In this document: piece by piece, positions 48,721 through 60,982 of the stretch
How positions within the stretch are numbered: the first letter of the stretch is position 1
Layout of the letters: each line of letters begins with the position of its first letter
Assembly (NCBI RefSeq): GCF_006345805.1
Contig: NC_043010.1
Span: 22,196,001-22,260,000, forward strand
Direction: 5' to 3'
Length of the DNA stretch: 64,000 nt
DNA from: Octopus sinensis
Lineage: Eukaryota
Notes under the pieces: generated by a model
What the model was told of the DNA's origin: nothing
Database searches by the model: none
What the model saw: the letters and a program-made list of their open reading frames with translations, nothing else
Program-made: the position numbers and the translations under genes

Positions 48721-49604
48721 ACAAGCATAACAAATATGTACAGATATACAATCATACCGACATAGACAGACACAACGCCAGAAACTTGTGTGAAGAAGAC
48801 AAAAATAAAAAAAAAGAAAGAAAAAATAGAAAATTAATATTCGTAGAAGAAAAAAATTAATTAAATAAACCACATATAATAAATATAATTATTATATCAA
48901 AATTGGTATCTGAAATTGAAATGGTAAAATATCACATTATGGTAATATAATAGAGTTAAACTCTATCTCTAACGGCGAGGATATGTTAAATTCTGAACCG
49001 ACCAATCAATGTCTAGTTGTTTAATGACTCAGTATCGTTGCACTCTAACCTTAATTTAAAAAAATAAAAGATGGCTGCCATCGCTAATGTTATCATTAGA
49101 ATGACTGTTACCACATGATTATTGTGATGAGAGATGAAATTTCGGTGCCAAACAAAGGTTGAAAGTAGTATGTGATGAGTTTGTGATAAGTCATGTGAAA
49201 AATAAAGATTTATAATAAATAAATGTTATTTTAAATTGTTTTATGTATACATGTGTGCGCGTGTGTGCGTGTTTGTTTCTATATATGTATTTATATTTAT
49301 ATATATATATACATACATACATACATATACATATTAATACAAGCTATATCGTGAGAAGCTTGCTTCCCAACCATATGGCTCCTTGTCTAAACCCACTGTT
49401 TCTAAACTAAGAGGATGTGTTTGAAAAGATTAATCGAAAGCGCTCACACACTGGGAAAAAAAGTTCCAAAAAAGGTAACATCTTGATACAAGGTTTTATA
49501 TCGATTTTTTTAAAGATGATTGTTTCAAAAAAATCCCTTTTATACTTAAAAGCTATATCAGGTTATTTTTTACAAAGACTTTCAAATATAAATACATACA
49601 TGCA

Positions 49605-49653
<49 letters not shown>

Positions 49654-49703
49654 GAATAGGAGTTGCATAGATTATTATTATCATGCGACTTAATGTTTTG
49701 CAG

Positions 49704-49827
49704 GCTTCTAACTGGAACATGGCTCATTCAGGATCAGATTACCGAATGGAGGAATACAGGAAGTACAAGATGGATATTGGAAATCGAAGATGGAGACTGG
49801 ATGTCCAAGAGGTCTCCTGGAAAATAG
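49704..49827 (+). CDS. Candidate exon (ASNWNMAHSGSDYRMEEYRKYKMDIGNRRWRLDVQEVSWKI-G; phase 0-1)
   Basis: Acceptor ttaatgttttgcag|, donor TAG|gtactg; 124 nt open frame, GC-richer than the flanks; no family recognised. Confidence 0.3.
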
Positions 49828-50869
49828 GTACTGTTATAATTGTGATATGCATACTCCAGCAACACCAGATGTATTAGAAGGGAGAATTTCTCGTACCGTG
49901 TGGCTGGACAGGAAGTTGCTGGCGTCTAGGTATCGCACGGGCCTTTGAAGGGACTTGGAAGCCGGCGAGAGAGTGTATGTGTTTTTATATAAGTGTATCT
50001 GTATGCATGTGTGTGTTTATGTATGTGTATATACCAGATGCATGAGTGTTTGGATGTAGGTGCATTATTAGTTGTATGAATATGTGTGTGCCTGCTTGTG
50101 AATACGCATGCATTAGTGCCTGCTGTATACACCTGCATGCGCAAGCATGTTTAGGATGTGTATTTGAGTGTGCGTGTATGTAAGTGTGTACATTCTCCTA
50201 TTCGTGTATAAACGTGTATGCGTGCATGCTTACGCGTGTGTGTTTGTTTGGTGTATGCGTGTGTGTACATATACATTCATGTTTTCGATACTCTCGTGTG
50301 CGGGCGTGTCAGCGTGGTTGCAACAGTTTTACTGGGGGATGAATGGGCGTTGGATTGAGGTTTGCTGGTGACGCGGATATGGAAAAGACGAGTGGAGAGA
50401 TATAAGTACACAGATGTGTGTAGGCATATGTGCGCGTGTGAGAGTGGGCATGCGTGGCTCTGTGTGTGTACGTAGATGTGTATGCATCTGTGTGTGTCTG
50501 CGATTTTGCGTTGATTACAGAGCCGAAGGTGGCGGGTTATAGGGGTGCATACGTTTGTAGGGTTGGCCAGCGATCTGCATAAGCATCGGTGGTTAGGAGA
50601 CCTATTTGGGTTGTGAGGCTGACAGTACTGAGAATCAGACAATGTTAAGGTGGTATATCGGGATTATCGACAGCCAATGATTTGAAGTTCATCAGGAGGG
50701 CGTACCTCTGATGGCAGCAATAAGATAGTTTGTGTTTCCTGTTGATAGATATTTCAGGCTGGTGAAGAATGCGGAGATGTCTATTGCCGGCGCCGGATGC
50801 GTAGGGTGGAGTTCTGCCAATCAAGGTTCATTCAACGTTAAGGCTTTCATTCCACACCACAAATTCCTC

Positions 50870-51595
50870 CTACTATTAGTCCCACAAATGCTACCACTAC
50901 CGCTAACACCACCACTACCAACACCTCACCCACACCACCGCTATTACATATATCTCATAATAGACATCACTACCCCACAAACACCACCACCATATTCGCC
51001 CCTACTAATACCAATAAGACGATTATGGTAACCATTACCAACACGACTACTACCAGTACCACATGTATAACGGCCAGTACTGACACAGCCACCCACACTA
51101 CCATCATGACTAACACCAAAACCCACACCTTCCACCACCATCACTACCACAAAAACTACCATCACTACGACAATCGCAAACACCAACACCACCATCACAA
51201 CCATAACCACCACCACTATCACCAACACCACAACCACCAACATCACCATCACTATTACAACCATCACTATCATTCCCACTACTATCACCACCACTACAAC
51301 TATTACCACCCCACCCCTACCACCACTAACACCACCAATAATGTCATGACTAACACCACCCCCATCACTCAAACACTAACACCAACACCTCCGTAACTAG
51401 TACCAATTCTGCCACCACTAGCACCTCTACCACTAATACTATCCACACCACTAACACCCCCACCGTTATCGCCCTGCCGCTGCAGTCGCTACAATTCGTC
51501 CGACGCCTTCCTCTGATCTTCACGATTCGGAAGCAGAAAATGTTAATTCTGTGACATATTAAGTATGTATGTATGTATGTATGTATGTATGTATG

Positions 51596-51626
<31 letters not shown>

Positions 51627-52026
51627 GCATGTATGTATGTGTGTATGTATGTATTATGTATGCATGTGTATGTATGTATGTGTTCATGTATATATGTTTG
51701 TGTGTATGCATGTATATATTTATGTAACTGTGCGTATGTATGTATGTATGCGTATGTGTGTGTATTTAAGTATTATGTATATTTGTGTGCGTGCGTGTAT
51801 ATGTATGTAGGCACGTATGTGATATGTATACATACATTCACGCACACATATATATATGGGTGTGCATATGTGTGTGCATGTGTCTGTATGCATGTATTTC
51901 TATGTATGCATCTATGGGTACGTAAGTATATATGCATGTATGTATATATGTTTTATACGCATGCACGCACGTATGTAGCATGTATATACATGTACCTATA
52001 TGTGTGTGTGCGTGTGTGTATATATA

Positions 52027-52084
<58 letters not shown>

Positions 52085-52200
52085 ATAGATAGATAGATAA
52101 ACCTAGAGACCTCACACACAAACATAAACACACGTATATATGTCTAACCACGTACGTATATACGTAAATATATGTATGTACCTTCTTATGTGTGTGTGGG
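50870..52200. repeat. Degenerate (CAC/ACC)n region followed by (TATG)n/(TG)n
   Basis: Direct reading; the His/Thr-rich and Val-rich ORFs are its translations. Confidence 0.9.
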
Positions 52201-52705
52201 TGTGTGTTTGTGTACGAGTGCGTGCGTGCTGAGTGACATGTCACGTGAGGTAGATCGATATCGCTTTGTTGTGACGTGGCTAAATCGCCGTTCACGAACT
52301 CGAGTGGAGATGGCGAAAGGGAATGGGGTGACGATGAAGCTATATATACGTAAGGGGGTTCCAGGGTAGTTATGTCGGTAGATAGGTAACTAGGAAGATA
52401 GGTCTCTTGGTAGGTAGATTTGCAGGTGGCTGGGTGGGTGTGTAGCTAGATAAGTATGTTGGTATTATTAACTTCATCAATGAATACCACCACAAGAGTT
52501 AATACTATCCGCCCCTTCGCAACAATTGTAAACACCCCTGAAGAATATTGGTAGGTAAAGAGAAAAGGGTAGGTAGATAGGTACAAAGGTAGGAAGGGAG
52601 AAAGGTGGGTGGTCAGGTAGGGTTATAGCTGTACAGCTGTGTATGTATAAATGTAGGTCGGTAGGTAGTTTGATATATAGAAGTTTAGGTAGGTGTATGT
52701 GGTTG

Positions 52706-52900
52706 TGCGTGGCTCGGTGGTTTAGGTGTACTTACGATCGGAAGATTGTGATTTCGATTCCTGGACCAGGCGTTGTGTTACAATGGTCCAGCTGGTAAAA
52801 CTAAGTAATGCTACGTGGACCGGTGTACCGTCCGTGGGAAAGCGCAGTATATATACACCATGGAATCCGGGAAAATATTTATGGCCCGATGGCGTTGATT
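52706..52900 (+). mobile_element. Old degenerate tRNA-derived SINE
   Basis: GTGGCTCGGTGG...ACGATCGGAAGATTGTGATTTCGATTCCTGGACC resembles the family D head. Confidence 0.5.
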
Positions 52901-53085
52901 CTGTTTGGTAGGCGTATAGCTAGCTAGCTAGCTAGATAGATAGGTACTTCGCTAGATAGATAGTTCGATAGATACACATGTAGATAGATAGATAAGTACT
53001 TTGATAAATAGATACACATACAGATAGAAAACTTGATAGTTTGATGGATAAATAGATAGATACACATAATGAAAGGCAGATAGAT

Positions 53086-56000
53086 ATGTTTCTTTATTGG
53101 CCACACAGGGCTGAACACAGAGGAGACAAACTACAAAGTAGAGCTTTTCCTTTGGGGAAGAAGAGAAAGAAAACTGTGTCGAGTTTCGATCAAAAGGGAT
53201 TATAGAAATGTCAATGTAAAAAGGGAAACCAAATTAGGTTTATCCGTGGAAAGAAAAGCCTACGGAAAAGCCTATATGGAAAGAAAAGACACGGTAACCT
53301 TGAGCAATACTGTCATGCAAAAGAACACATTACAGTAGGCGACTAATTTTTCCTTCCTTTTTTGGTTCATAGGATTATGGTCAAGATGGCTCCGTTATTC
53401 ACACGTGCCATCCTTTCTACATTCACCCATCACTAGACAAAACGTCCCTCTTTACTCTCACCTTCATCTTCAAGTGATACTTGAAGAAGTTGATGAGAGA
53501 TTGACCAGAGAAGAAAGTGTTTGCCTCTAGACCTTTCAGACACGCCCAGCATACATATTCTTTCGCCATTCAAGGAAGGAGACGCGACAATATTCTCGAA
53601 AGACTCGGTTGATTAACCCAGTCGTCCCATACGCGATAGCAGTCGTTCGGCATAGGCCCACAGGGCGTAAATGGTTGGACAATGTACGAGTGCGTGCAGG
53701 CCGCTTTCGTCGCTCTGACCGCATCTTGGGCAGGTCGGCCCCGTGTTTCTCGAGCCATGCCTGTAGAGCTTATCCCGAACGGGTAGCGCTTCACGATATC
53801 ACTGCCAGGCCAGGGATCTCTGGAAGTCGACTTGAACAGGCGGGTCAGGTATTCCTCGTCGACGTCCTGGTCCGTACCTCCCCTCCACTAATAACCTGTA
53901 GAATGCTTTGGTTGTGGTGAAGAGGCTCAAGGTCGATCCGGGACGGCATAGTTGCTTAAGAGCAACACCGACACTCGCGATGCCATTCGCCTTTCTTCGG
54001 CCTGTTTTTGATCTACAACTGCAGCTTGGTCATAGAGACGAGCGTGCCTCACAAACAGTGACCACACCTGTTCACCGTCGTCTACGTAGAGCCGGAGATG
54101 TCGCAGTCTCAGCGCGTGTCTGCGCATCATCAAAGGCGGCATGCTCAGTCCTCTTTTTAACGGGTGTTGGCAGCAAACGGGTCGCCTGACCATCGGAACG
54201 CATCTTTTCCACAAGAAGCGGAAGAGAATGCGTTTCTTGTTTGGTGATGGTAGGGTCGGGACAAGGCACGACGGTCGGGTAGTAGTAGAAGACGGAAGCG
54301 ATGTACTGTTCGCCACCTCCACCCAACCTTTTAGGGACAGCATCCTCTCGGCACATTGCTGGGCGAGAATGACCACCCTACTCGTTATCTCACTCCAGTT
54401 CTTCTTCGTTTAGAGGTCCGGACCAAACCAGACTCCGAGCAACTCGACCGCACCGACGGTCCAGCGTCCCACGACGGAGGCGCTGGTGGACGGCATGGGC
54501 TTGCTTCTCCAGGTGTCGAGCCTCAATCCCACTGACTTTTCCCGGTTGATTTTCGCTCCTGTTACCGCTTCGCAGTCTTTCAGTGTCTCACCGACCAGCT
54601 CGATGCGCTCCTGGCTAGACACTATGACGGTGATGTCGTCCGCATATGCAGACACGCTCGTCCCGCATCCCAGTTCTCGCGGGATGCCTCTCAGCATCGC
54701 TAGTTTCCGCAGTAGCGGCTCGACAATCAATATGTATAGAAGCGACGAGAGGGACATCCCTGACGTACCGAACGTGCAATGTTGAAGGGTCCCGATAGAT
54801 GTCCATTTATGCGAATTACCGAACAGTAATTCTGTACAAAGCAGCTATCCAGCCGCGGAAGACGGGACTGGAACTAGCCGCGATGATGACAGCCTCCAAG
54901 TATCGATTGTCTACCTTATCGAAAGCTTTGGATTGATCCAAATTGATCAGGGCCCCACCCATGCCAGGCCCCTTAACTACTCCGTCTATGATGTAACGCA
55001 TGAATGCTCCGGCCATGAATTCTCCGGCCCGGAACGGCGCTCGTTTGCGCCTTGTCGACCAGTTCCTCTATGAAAAGCACCAATCTCTTGGCTAACACCT
55101 TGGCCAAACTTTTCAAGTCTGCAGTGAGCAGAGTGATGGGCCTAAAGTTATCTATTACGTTCCCCTTGTTTGGGTTTTTCTTCAGCAGCGTTACATCTCC
55201 TCGGCTCACAAAACCGGGGATGCTCCCGTTGTGCGGCCAGTTGCAGTACACTGCTGCCAAGACGTCTCAAAATAAGTCTGGCATAAAACTGTAAAGCTCG
55301 TAGGGGTAGACCATCCAAACCCTGCGATTTGTTCCTCAAGCATTCTGCCATAGCGTCCCGCACTTCCGCTGCCATGATGGTACCTTCGCAGCACCCTGCC
55401 TCTCTTGTCGAGAGTCGTAGCAGGCTGTGCAAGTAGGCACTGAAGTCCACCCTGCGTTCTCGCCCGCCTCTCGTCCCGAACAGTCAGGCAAAATGCTGTT
55501 GAAAGGCCTCACACATTTTACTTGGCTCGAGTAATTCGCGCTCTCTTCATCTACCAGAGACCGAATGGTGACTTTGTTGCCCTGTTGGCCCTCCGCCACC
55601 CGGGCCTCTTGCACGGCTCCAACACCTTCGTTCCTTAGAGCACGCATCCTAGCTCTGACAACATACCCTTCGTGTTTGACATTGAAGTGTTGCTCGAGGA
55701 CCAACCTCGCCGCCAAGACGTCGAATACGATGCCACTTCTAATCGCCTCTTCTAGCTTCTTAACTAGGTCACCCTCTATTCTGTTTCTATCTATGGCTAG
55801 TGCTTTGCTATATCTAATCGCTTCTGCTTTTATTGCTCTCTTGAAGGCAAACCATTTGTTGTCGATGATGGCTCCAGCAAAGCCCTCTTTACTAGCGTGC
55901 TAATCCGGTCTCTGACAAAACAGTCTGGATGGGAAAGACGCGTTTAGTTTCCAGTGCCCAGGACCCTACCGTGTAATTAACTATTAGGAATTGTGGACAA

Positions 56001-56424
56001 ACTACGCTATCTCTATCTACTGTAGTATCCTATCTAAATACGATCTCGACGACCCGATGCGGTTACTGATTGTCCACATTGGTGCACTCGGGTGGCCGAG
56101 TCGGTACCTGTCAGACAGTACTCTGACTAGGACTCTGAGGCATTTGCACCCCGTCTATTCCTATCTCTGCCCACGTAGTCTACATGTGTGTCCAAGGTAG
56201 CATTCCAATCCCCCACTAAAAGTAAGGGACAAGACGTTCCTAGGAATACTTCTAGACGTCGAAAGAAATCCGGCCGACTTGTTAAAGGCAGTGCGTAGAC
56301 TGCTAGGAGTCGAAAAGCGCACCCATTGCTGCCGTGGACATTCAGGACGACCAGTCTACCCTCCGGATCTACGAATATTGTCTTTACTTAGAGATCCAGA
56401 CTTTTGCGAAGACAGACAGTTGAA
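53086..56424 (-). mobile_element. 5'-truncated Tx1/L1-clade LINE (APE endonuclease-RT ORF2 pseudogene ~53367-56420 plus 3' UTR) in (GATA)n
   Basis: Minus strand: GRLVVLNV..FRLLAVYA..LLLVGDWNA, GHWKLNAS, GLDGLPYE, NFRPITLL..KVLAKRL, LDQSKAFDKV, VRQGCPLSSLLY, AYADDITV, GAKINREKS, LLGVWF, C-terminal CPRC...H...C; AATAAA at 53093-53098(-); (GATA)n on both flanks. Confidence 0.95.
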
Positions 56425-56430
56425 TAGGTA

Positions 56431-56455
56431 GATAGATAGATAGATAGATACATAC

Positions 56456-56549
<94 letters not shown>

Positions 56550-56570
56550 GTAGGTAGGTAGGTAGGTAAG
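56431..56570. repeat. (GATA)n then (GGTA)n microsatellite at the Tx1 5' junction
   Basis: Direct reading. Confidence 0.95.
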
Positions 56571-57054
56571 TCGATGGATAGGTTACCGAGGAGGAATGGT
56601 CTGATAGAAAGATGGCAAGTAGGAGCGAATGAGGTTTTAAAATAGGTGTATAGGTATCAGATCAATGTTGGATTTTCTCACTTGCCAATCGTCATTGAAA
56701 TGAGTACCACATCCACATACCCCGGTCACCATTTCGCTGCTACCTCCCCTCCTTCACTCTTCTCTATTAACCATTCCCCAGTCCCTTCTTCACACCCTCT
56801 CTTACATGCTCACACACCGATACAAGCACACAAACCCACACATACGTATATACATACACATGCACAAGCAAAATAGATAAATACATGTATTTACACGACC
56901 AGACATTGTGACAGCAACTGAAGGGAGATGCTCGATGAGTTACGCTCTCATCTACCTTTTCAAAAGGAATGGTTTTTATACATACGCTTAAACACGCACA
57001 CAAACATAGGCAGCTACCAAAATAAGCCATTGTGTTTCGAGTAGGGTAACATAC

Positions 57055-57660
57055 ATTCTCTCTCTCTCTCTCTTTCAGTCACTCTATCTCTCTCGCTCTC
57101 TCTGTCGGTCACACTCTCTCTCTCTTTCTCTCTCTCGAACACTCTCTCTCTATATATATTTATATATGACTCCTTCGGTCACTATGTCTCTCTCCGTCTC
57201 TCTCGGTCACTCTCTCTCTCTCTCTCACTCTGTCTCTATCTCTCTCTCACTCTGTCTCTATCTCTCTCTCTCTCGGTCACTCTCTCTCTCGATCACTCTG
57301 TCTCTATCTCTCTCTCACTCTGTCTCTATCTCTCTCTCTCTCTCGGTCACTCTCTCTCTCTCTCGATCAATCTGTCTCTATCTCTCTCTCACTCACTCGG
57401 TCACTCTGTCTCTCTCTCGGTCTCTCGGTCACTCTGTCTCTTTCGGTCACTCTCTCTCCCTCACACACACTCTCTCTCGGTCACTCTCTCTCTCGGTCAC
57501 TCTCTCTCTCTCTCGATCACTCTGTCTCTATCTCTCTCTCACTCACTCGGTCACTCTGTCTCTCTCTCTCGGTCTCTCGGTCACTCTGTCTCTTTCGGTC
57601 ACTCTCTCTCCTCACACACACACACTCTGTCTATTTCGGTCACTCTCTCTCCCACACACA
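57055..57660. repeat. (CT)n-derived minisatellite with recurrent CGGTCAC, CGATCA and TCTGTCTCTATC interruptions
   Basis: Direct reading. Confidence 0.9.
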
Positions 57661-57774
57661 CACACGCGTATGCATGTTAACACACAAATTCTTGCCTGCA
57701 TTTTCGTATTGCTCATCTCAGCAAAACTTGTATAGAGACAAACGCTTCTATGTAATATTAATTCCCAATTTATT

Positions 57775-57822
57775 GCAGCAGCAGCAACAGCAGCAGCAAC
57801 AGTAGTAGTAATAGTAGTAGTA

Positions 57823-57857
<35 letters not shown>

Positions 57858-58166
57858 ATGCCGGTGGTGGAGCGAACAGTGGTGGTGGTGGTGGTGGTGA
57901 TGGTAGTGGTGGTGGTAGTGGTGGTAATGATAAGGATGGTGGTGGCGATGTTGGTGGTGGCGGTGGTGGTATTAGTAGCTTTGATCGGGTTGGTGTTGGT
58001 GCTTTTGTTGCGAGTGGTTGTGATGATAATAAGTGTCACAGTGGCGTTGATGAGGGTGGCGGTGGTGTCGTCATTGTTGTTGTTCCGGTAGTAGTGGTGG
58101 TGGTGGTGACAGTGTTGATAATGGTAGAGGTGGTTGTAGTGGTAATGATAGTTGTGGTGGTGGTGA

Positions 58167-58202
<36 letters not shown>

Positions 58203-58375
58203 CAGTAGTAGTAGTAGTAGTAGGTGTGGTGTTGCTGGTGATTGTCATTGTAGTGGTGGTAATGAAAGTGATGTTTTTATTTGTGGTGGTAGAGGTGGTA
58301 GTAATGGTGTTGTTGATTATGATATTGGTGGTGGTGGTGATGGTGGTGGTGGCGTTCGTGCCGGCGGCAGTGCCA
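57775..58375. repeat. Degenerate (GTA)n/(GTG)n low-complexity region
   Basis: Direct reading. Confidence 0.9.
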
Positions 58376-58939
58376 AATGCACTGTCCATTGATTATGGCA
58401 ATAAAATGACGTAACATCTGAAATGATGACAGGGAGGGCACTGATTGAACCACTCCATCTGGCGGTCGTATCGATAAAATATTGACCTAGTGGCCAAAGG
58501 TCACAATGTTCCTCCTTCTGTCAGCAGAACAGTGTCGCGCTGACACTTTAAATACTTCTAAAATCTGCGACCAACCTCTTTGAAACAGAAACAAGCGCGT
58601 CTCCATTAAATCATACTTCACATGTAGCTGACCACAGAGATAACACATTGGACAATGTAATTCTAGATAAACAATGTCTAAATAAAACTTAGCACGATGG
58701 GGTCATCGTTGGAACCTCTTTGATCCGGAGATTAACAACAATAATGGTTTCTGATTTAGGCATTAATCCAGCAGAGGATTAGTCGATACCATGGATCGCA
58801 GAACTTGAACGATGCACCTTATTTTAGCATGAAGGGCAAAACTGACTTTAGCTGGAATAGAAATAAGAACGTTGAGAGCCGGAAGAAATATTGCGAAATA
58901 AATTAGAGAATGGGGAGCACTAAACAGTGATAAGTAAAA

Positions 58940-59899
58940 TTGCAAGGTTTTAATCAGTTCGAATACGCTTGAGGCACGTTCGAACCTGGAGAGAAGATAC
59001 TTACTGCGTTTTGTCACGGAAAATACAGGGTTATTCAAAATAAATAAACCGATTTCGTTATGCAATATTTTAATAAGGCAAAGTAATAGAAAACTCCAGC
59101 TAAGCCACAAGTATTTACTTACAATCAACTTTTATTTCCTGTCTTACAAGTGTTCGATGTGGCCACCACCCTCAGCACGGGCAACATCAATGCGATAAGA
59201 GAATTCCTCCCAGACGCGTATCAGCATATCACGATCCACTGAGTTGATCGCTGTTGTTATTCGATATTTAAGGTCATCGAGGTTAGTGGGTAGCGGTAGA
59301 ACATAAATGCGATCTTTTACATATCCCCACAAGAAAAAAAATCTTAAACATCAAATAACAACAGCGATCAACTGAGTGGATCGTGATATGCTGAAACGCG
59401 TCTCTGAGGATTTCTCTTATCGCATTGATGTTGCCCGTGCAGCAGGAAATAAAAGTTAATTGTGAGTAAATACTTGTGGCTCAACTGGAGTTTTCTATTG
59501 CTTTTCCTTATTAAAATATTGCGTAATGAAATCGATTTATTCTTTTTGAATAGCCCTGTATATCCCGTTTGTTGACAAATGGTATGTAGATCAATTCACA
59601 GCGCCATCTACCCAGACCGTGAGATGCAAGCATTGCGGAGTAGTTATCTCCTCTTCGGTGATCAGTCTCTTCAATCAGCTCGTAGCGCCGCCTGCCTGGT
59701 GTCTGTGATCGAAGAGGAGATAACTACTCCGAAATGCTTGCATCTCACGGTCTGAGTAGGTGGCGCTGCGAACTGATCTAGGTGTATACTCACCACTTGT
59801 CAACAAAAGGGATATATTTTCCTTAAAAAACGCAATTACTAACTTGTTCACCGGTTCGAACGTGCCTCAAGCGTATTCGGACTGATAACAACATTGCAA
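58940..59899. mobile_element. Palindromic MITE-like element (arms ~200 bp), left arm interrupted by a mariner derivative
   Basis: 58940-59025 is the reverse complement of ~59815-59899 (GAATACGCTTGAGGCACGTTCGAACC); ~59561-59665 is the reverse complement of ~59705-59815 (CAGACCGTGAGATGCAAGCATT..GGAGTAGTTATCTCCTCTTCG). Confidence 0.85.
59026..59558. mobile_element. Foldback Tc1/mariner derivative made of two inverted 3' ends
   Basis: TIRs CAGGG(T/C)TATTCAAAA, TA duplication at 59024-25 and 59559-60; left arm encodes the transposase C-terminus on minus (FFLWGYVKDRIY...RITTAINSVDRDML...YRIDVAR..GGHIEHL); right arm has the same segment on plus. Confidence 0.92.
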
Positions 59900-59963
59900 C
59901 TGCAAAATAAGTTTTCCGACGCTCTTATAATTCTGCAGGTTGGTCGCCTTCAAGAGCCAACTG

Positions 59964-60273
59964 GCCCTCCGTCGGTAACGACGACAAGGAATCCAGTTGA
60001 TCCTATCTACAGTACACATTGTTTGAGAAATTAAGGTGCAAGTGGCGGAGCATTCCACGGGCATTCGTAACCTTAACGTAGTTCTCAGGGCGATTCAGCG
60101 TTAAAAAGGGCTGATCTTTTGAAATACAGGTACAATCCATTGTTGTCAGCTGGGCTAACTGGTGGAACGGAAAAATAAGTATCTTGCTCAAGGAAAATAC
60201 ACGCCGCCGAGTATTGAACTCACGACCTTACGATCGTGACCCAAATACCCTAACCACTTAGCCACGCGCCTTC
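59964..60273 (-). mobile_element. SINE family D copy
   Basis: Minus GAAGGCGCGTGGCTAAGTGGTTAGGG...CACGATCGTAAGGTCGTGAGTTCAATAC...CCTTGAGCAAGATACTT (CORE-like start). Confidence 0.85.
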
Positions 60274-60431
60274 ACACTAAGCAATGATACTGGACGTTTG
60301 GTTTCTCATTTAGTAATTTTAAGGTGAGGAGGGAAAAAATTACTGGATACCAGCGACCCCTAGTACTTGCCTGGTATTTTAGTATATGCCCAGAAAGTGC
60401 TGGCCTTGTGTTGAAATTTAAAACCCAATAT

Positions 60432-60640
60432 GGTGAGCTGGCAGAATCGTTAGCACGTCAGGCAAAACTCTCAGCGGCATTTCGTCCGTCTTCATGTTCT
60501 GGGTTCAAATTCCGCTGAGGTCGATTTTGTCTTCCATCCTATCGGGGTCGATAAAACAAGTAACAGTTGAGCACTGGGCTCAATGTAATCCACTCATCCT
60601 TTCCCTCGAAACTCCTAGCATTGTGCCAACATTTGAAGAC
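60432..60640 (+). mobile_element. SINE family B copy (diverged)
   Basis: GGTGAGCTGGCAGAATCGTTAGCACG...GGGTTCAAATTCCGCTGAGGTCGAT...CGGGGTCGATAAAA. Confidence 0.85.
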
Positions 60641-60705
60641 AAAATGTATAACAAACACCAATAGAAACGATAATACAATTTAAGAATTAAGTTTCCCGTT
60701 CCTAG

Positions 60706-60738
60706 CTGTCTTACTGTATGCCTGGTTGACTATAACAG
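60706..60738 (+). CDS. Candidate micro-exon (A-VLLYAWLTIT-G; phase 1-1)
   Basis: Acceptor aagtttcccgttcctag|, donor CAG|gtacaa; hydrophobic; phase-compatible with 62159-62464. Confidence 0.3.
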
Positions 60739-60761
60739 GTACAAGGTACTGTGGAGATTAA

Positions 60762-60982
60762 GGCGGCGAGCTGGCAGACACGTTAGCACGCCGGGCGAAA
60801 TGCGTAGCCGTATTTCTTCTAACGGTACGTTCTGAGTTCAAATTCCGCCGAGGTCTTTCATCCTTTCGGGGTCGATAAATTAAGTACCAGTTACTCACTG
60901 GGAACGATGTAATCGACTCAATCCGTTTGTCTTTCCTTGTTTGTCCCCTCTGTGTTTAGCCCCTTGTGGGCAGTAAAGAAAT
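60762..60982 (+). mobile_element. SINE family B copy with an 18-bp target-site duplication
   Basis: AGGTACTGTGGAGATTAA at 60744-60761 and 60983-61000 flanks a near-consensus copy. Confidence 0.95.

Noticed and set aside
53570-56200. GC-rich plus-strand ORFs suggesting a horizontally acquired or bacterial gene island
   Set aside because: The region is fully explained by the minus-strand Tx1 ORF2; higher GC is a property of the element.
50870-58375. CAC-rich and GTG-rich blocks as giant inverted repeats around the Tx1 element
   Set aside because: Complementarity is only compositional; no collinear alignment is visible.
1325-58414. Dozens of ORFs rich in IY, CV, TH, poly-L/I/Y/S/T/V or His
   Set aside because: Translations of (TA)n, (TG)n, (ATT)n, (GTA)n and (CAC)n tracts, which lack stops in some frames; no splice or domain support.
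58484-58504. TGACCT-N9-AGGTCA nuclear-receptor-like everted repeat
   Set aside because: A single short motif expected by chance in 64 kb; no supporting context.
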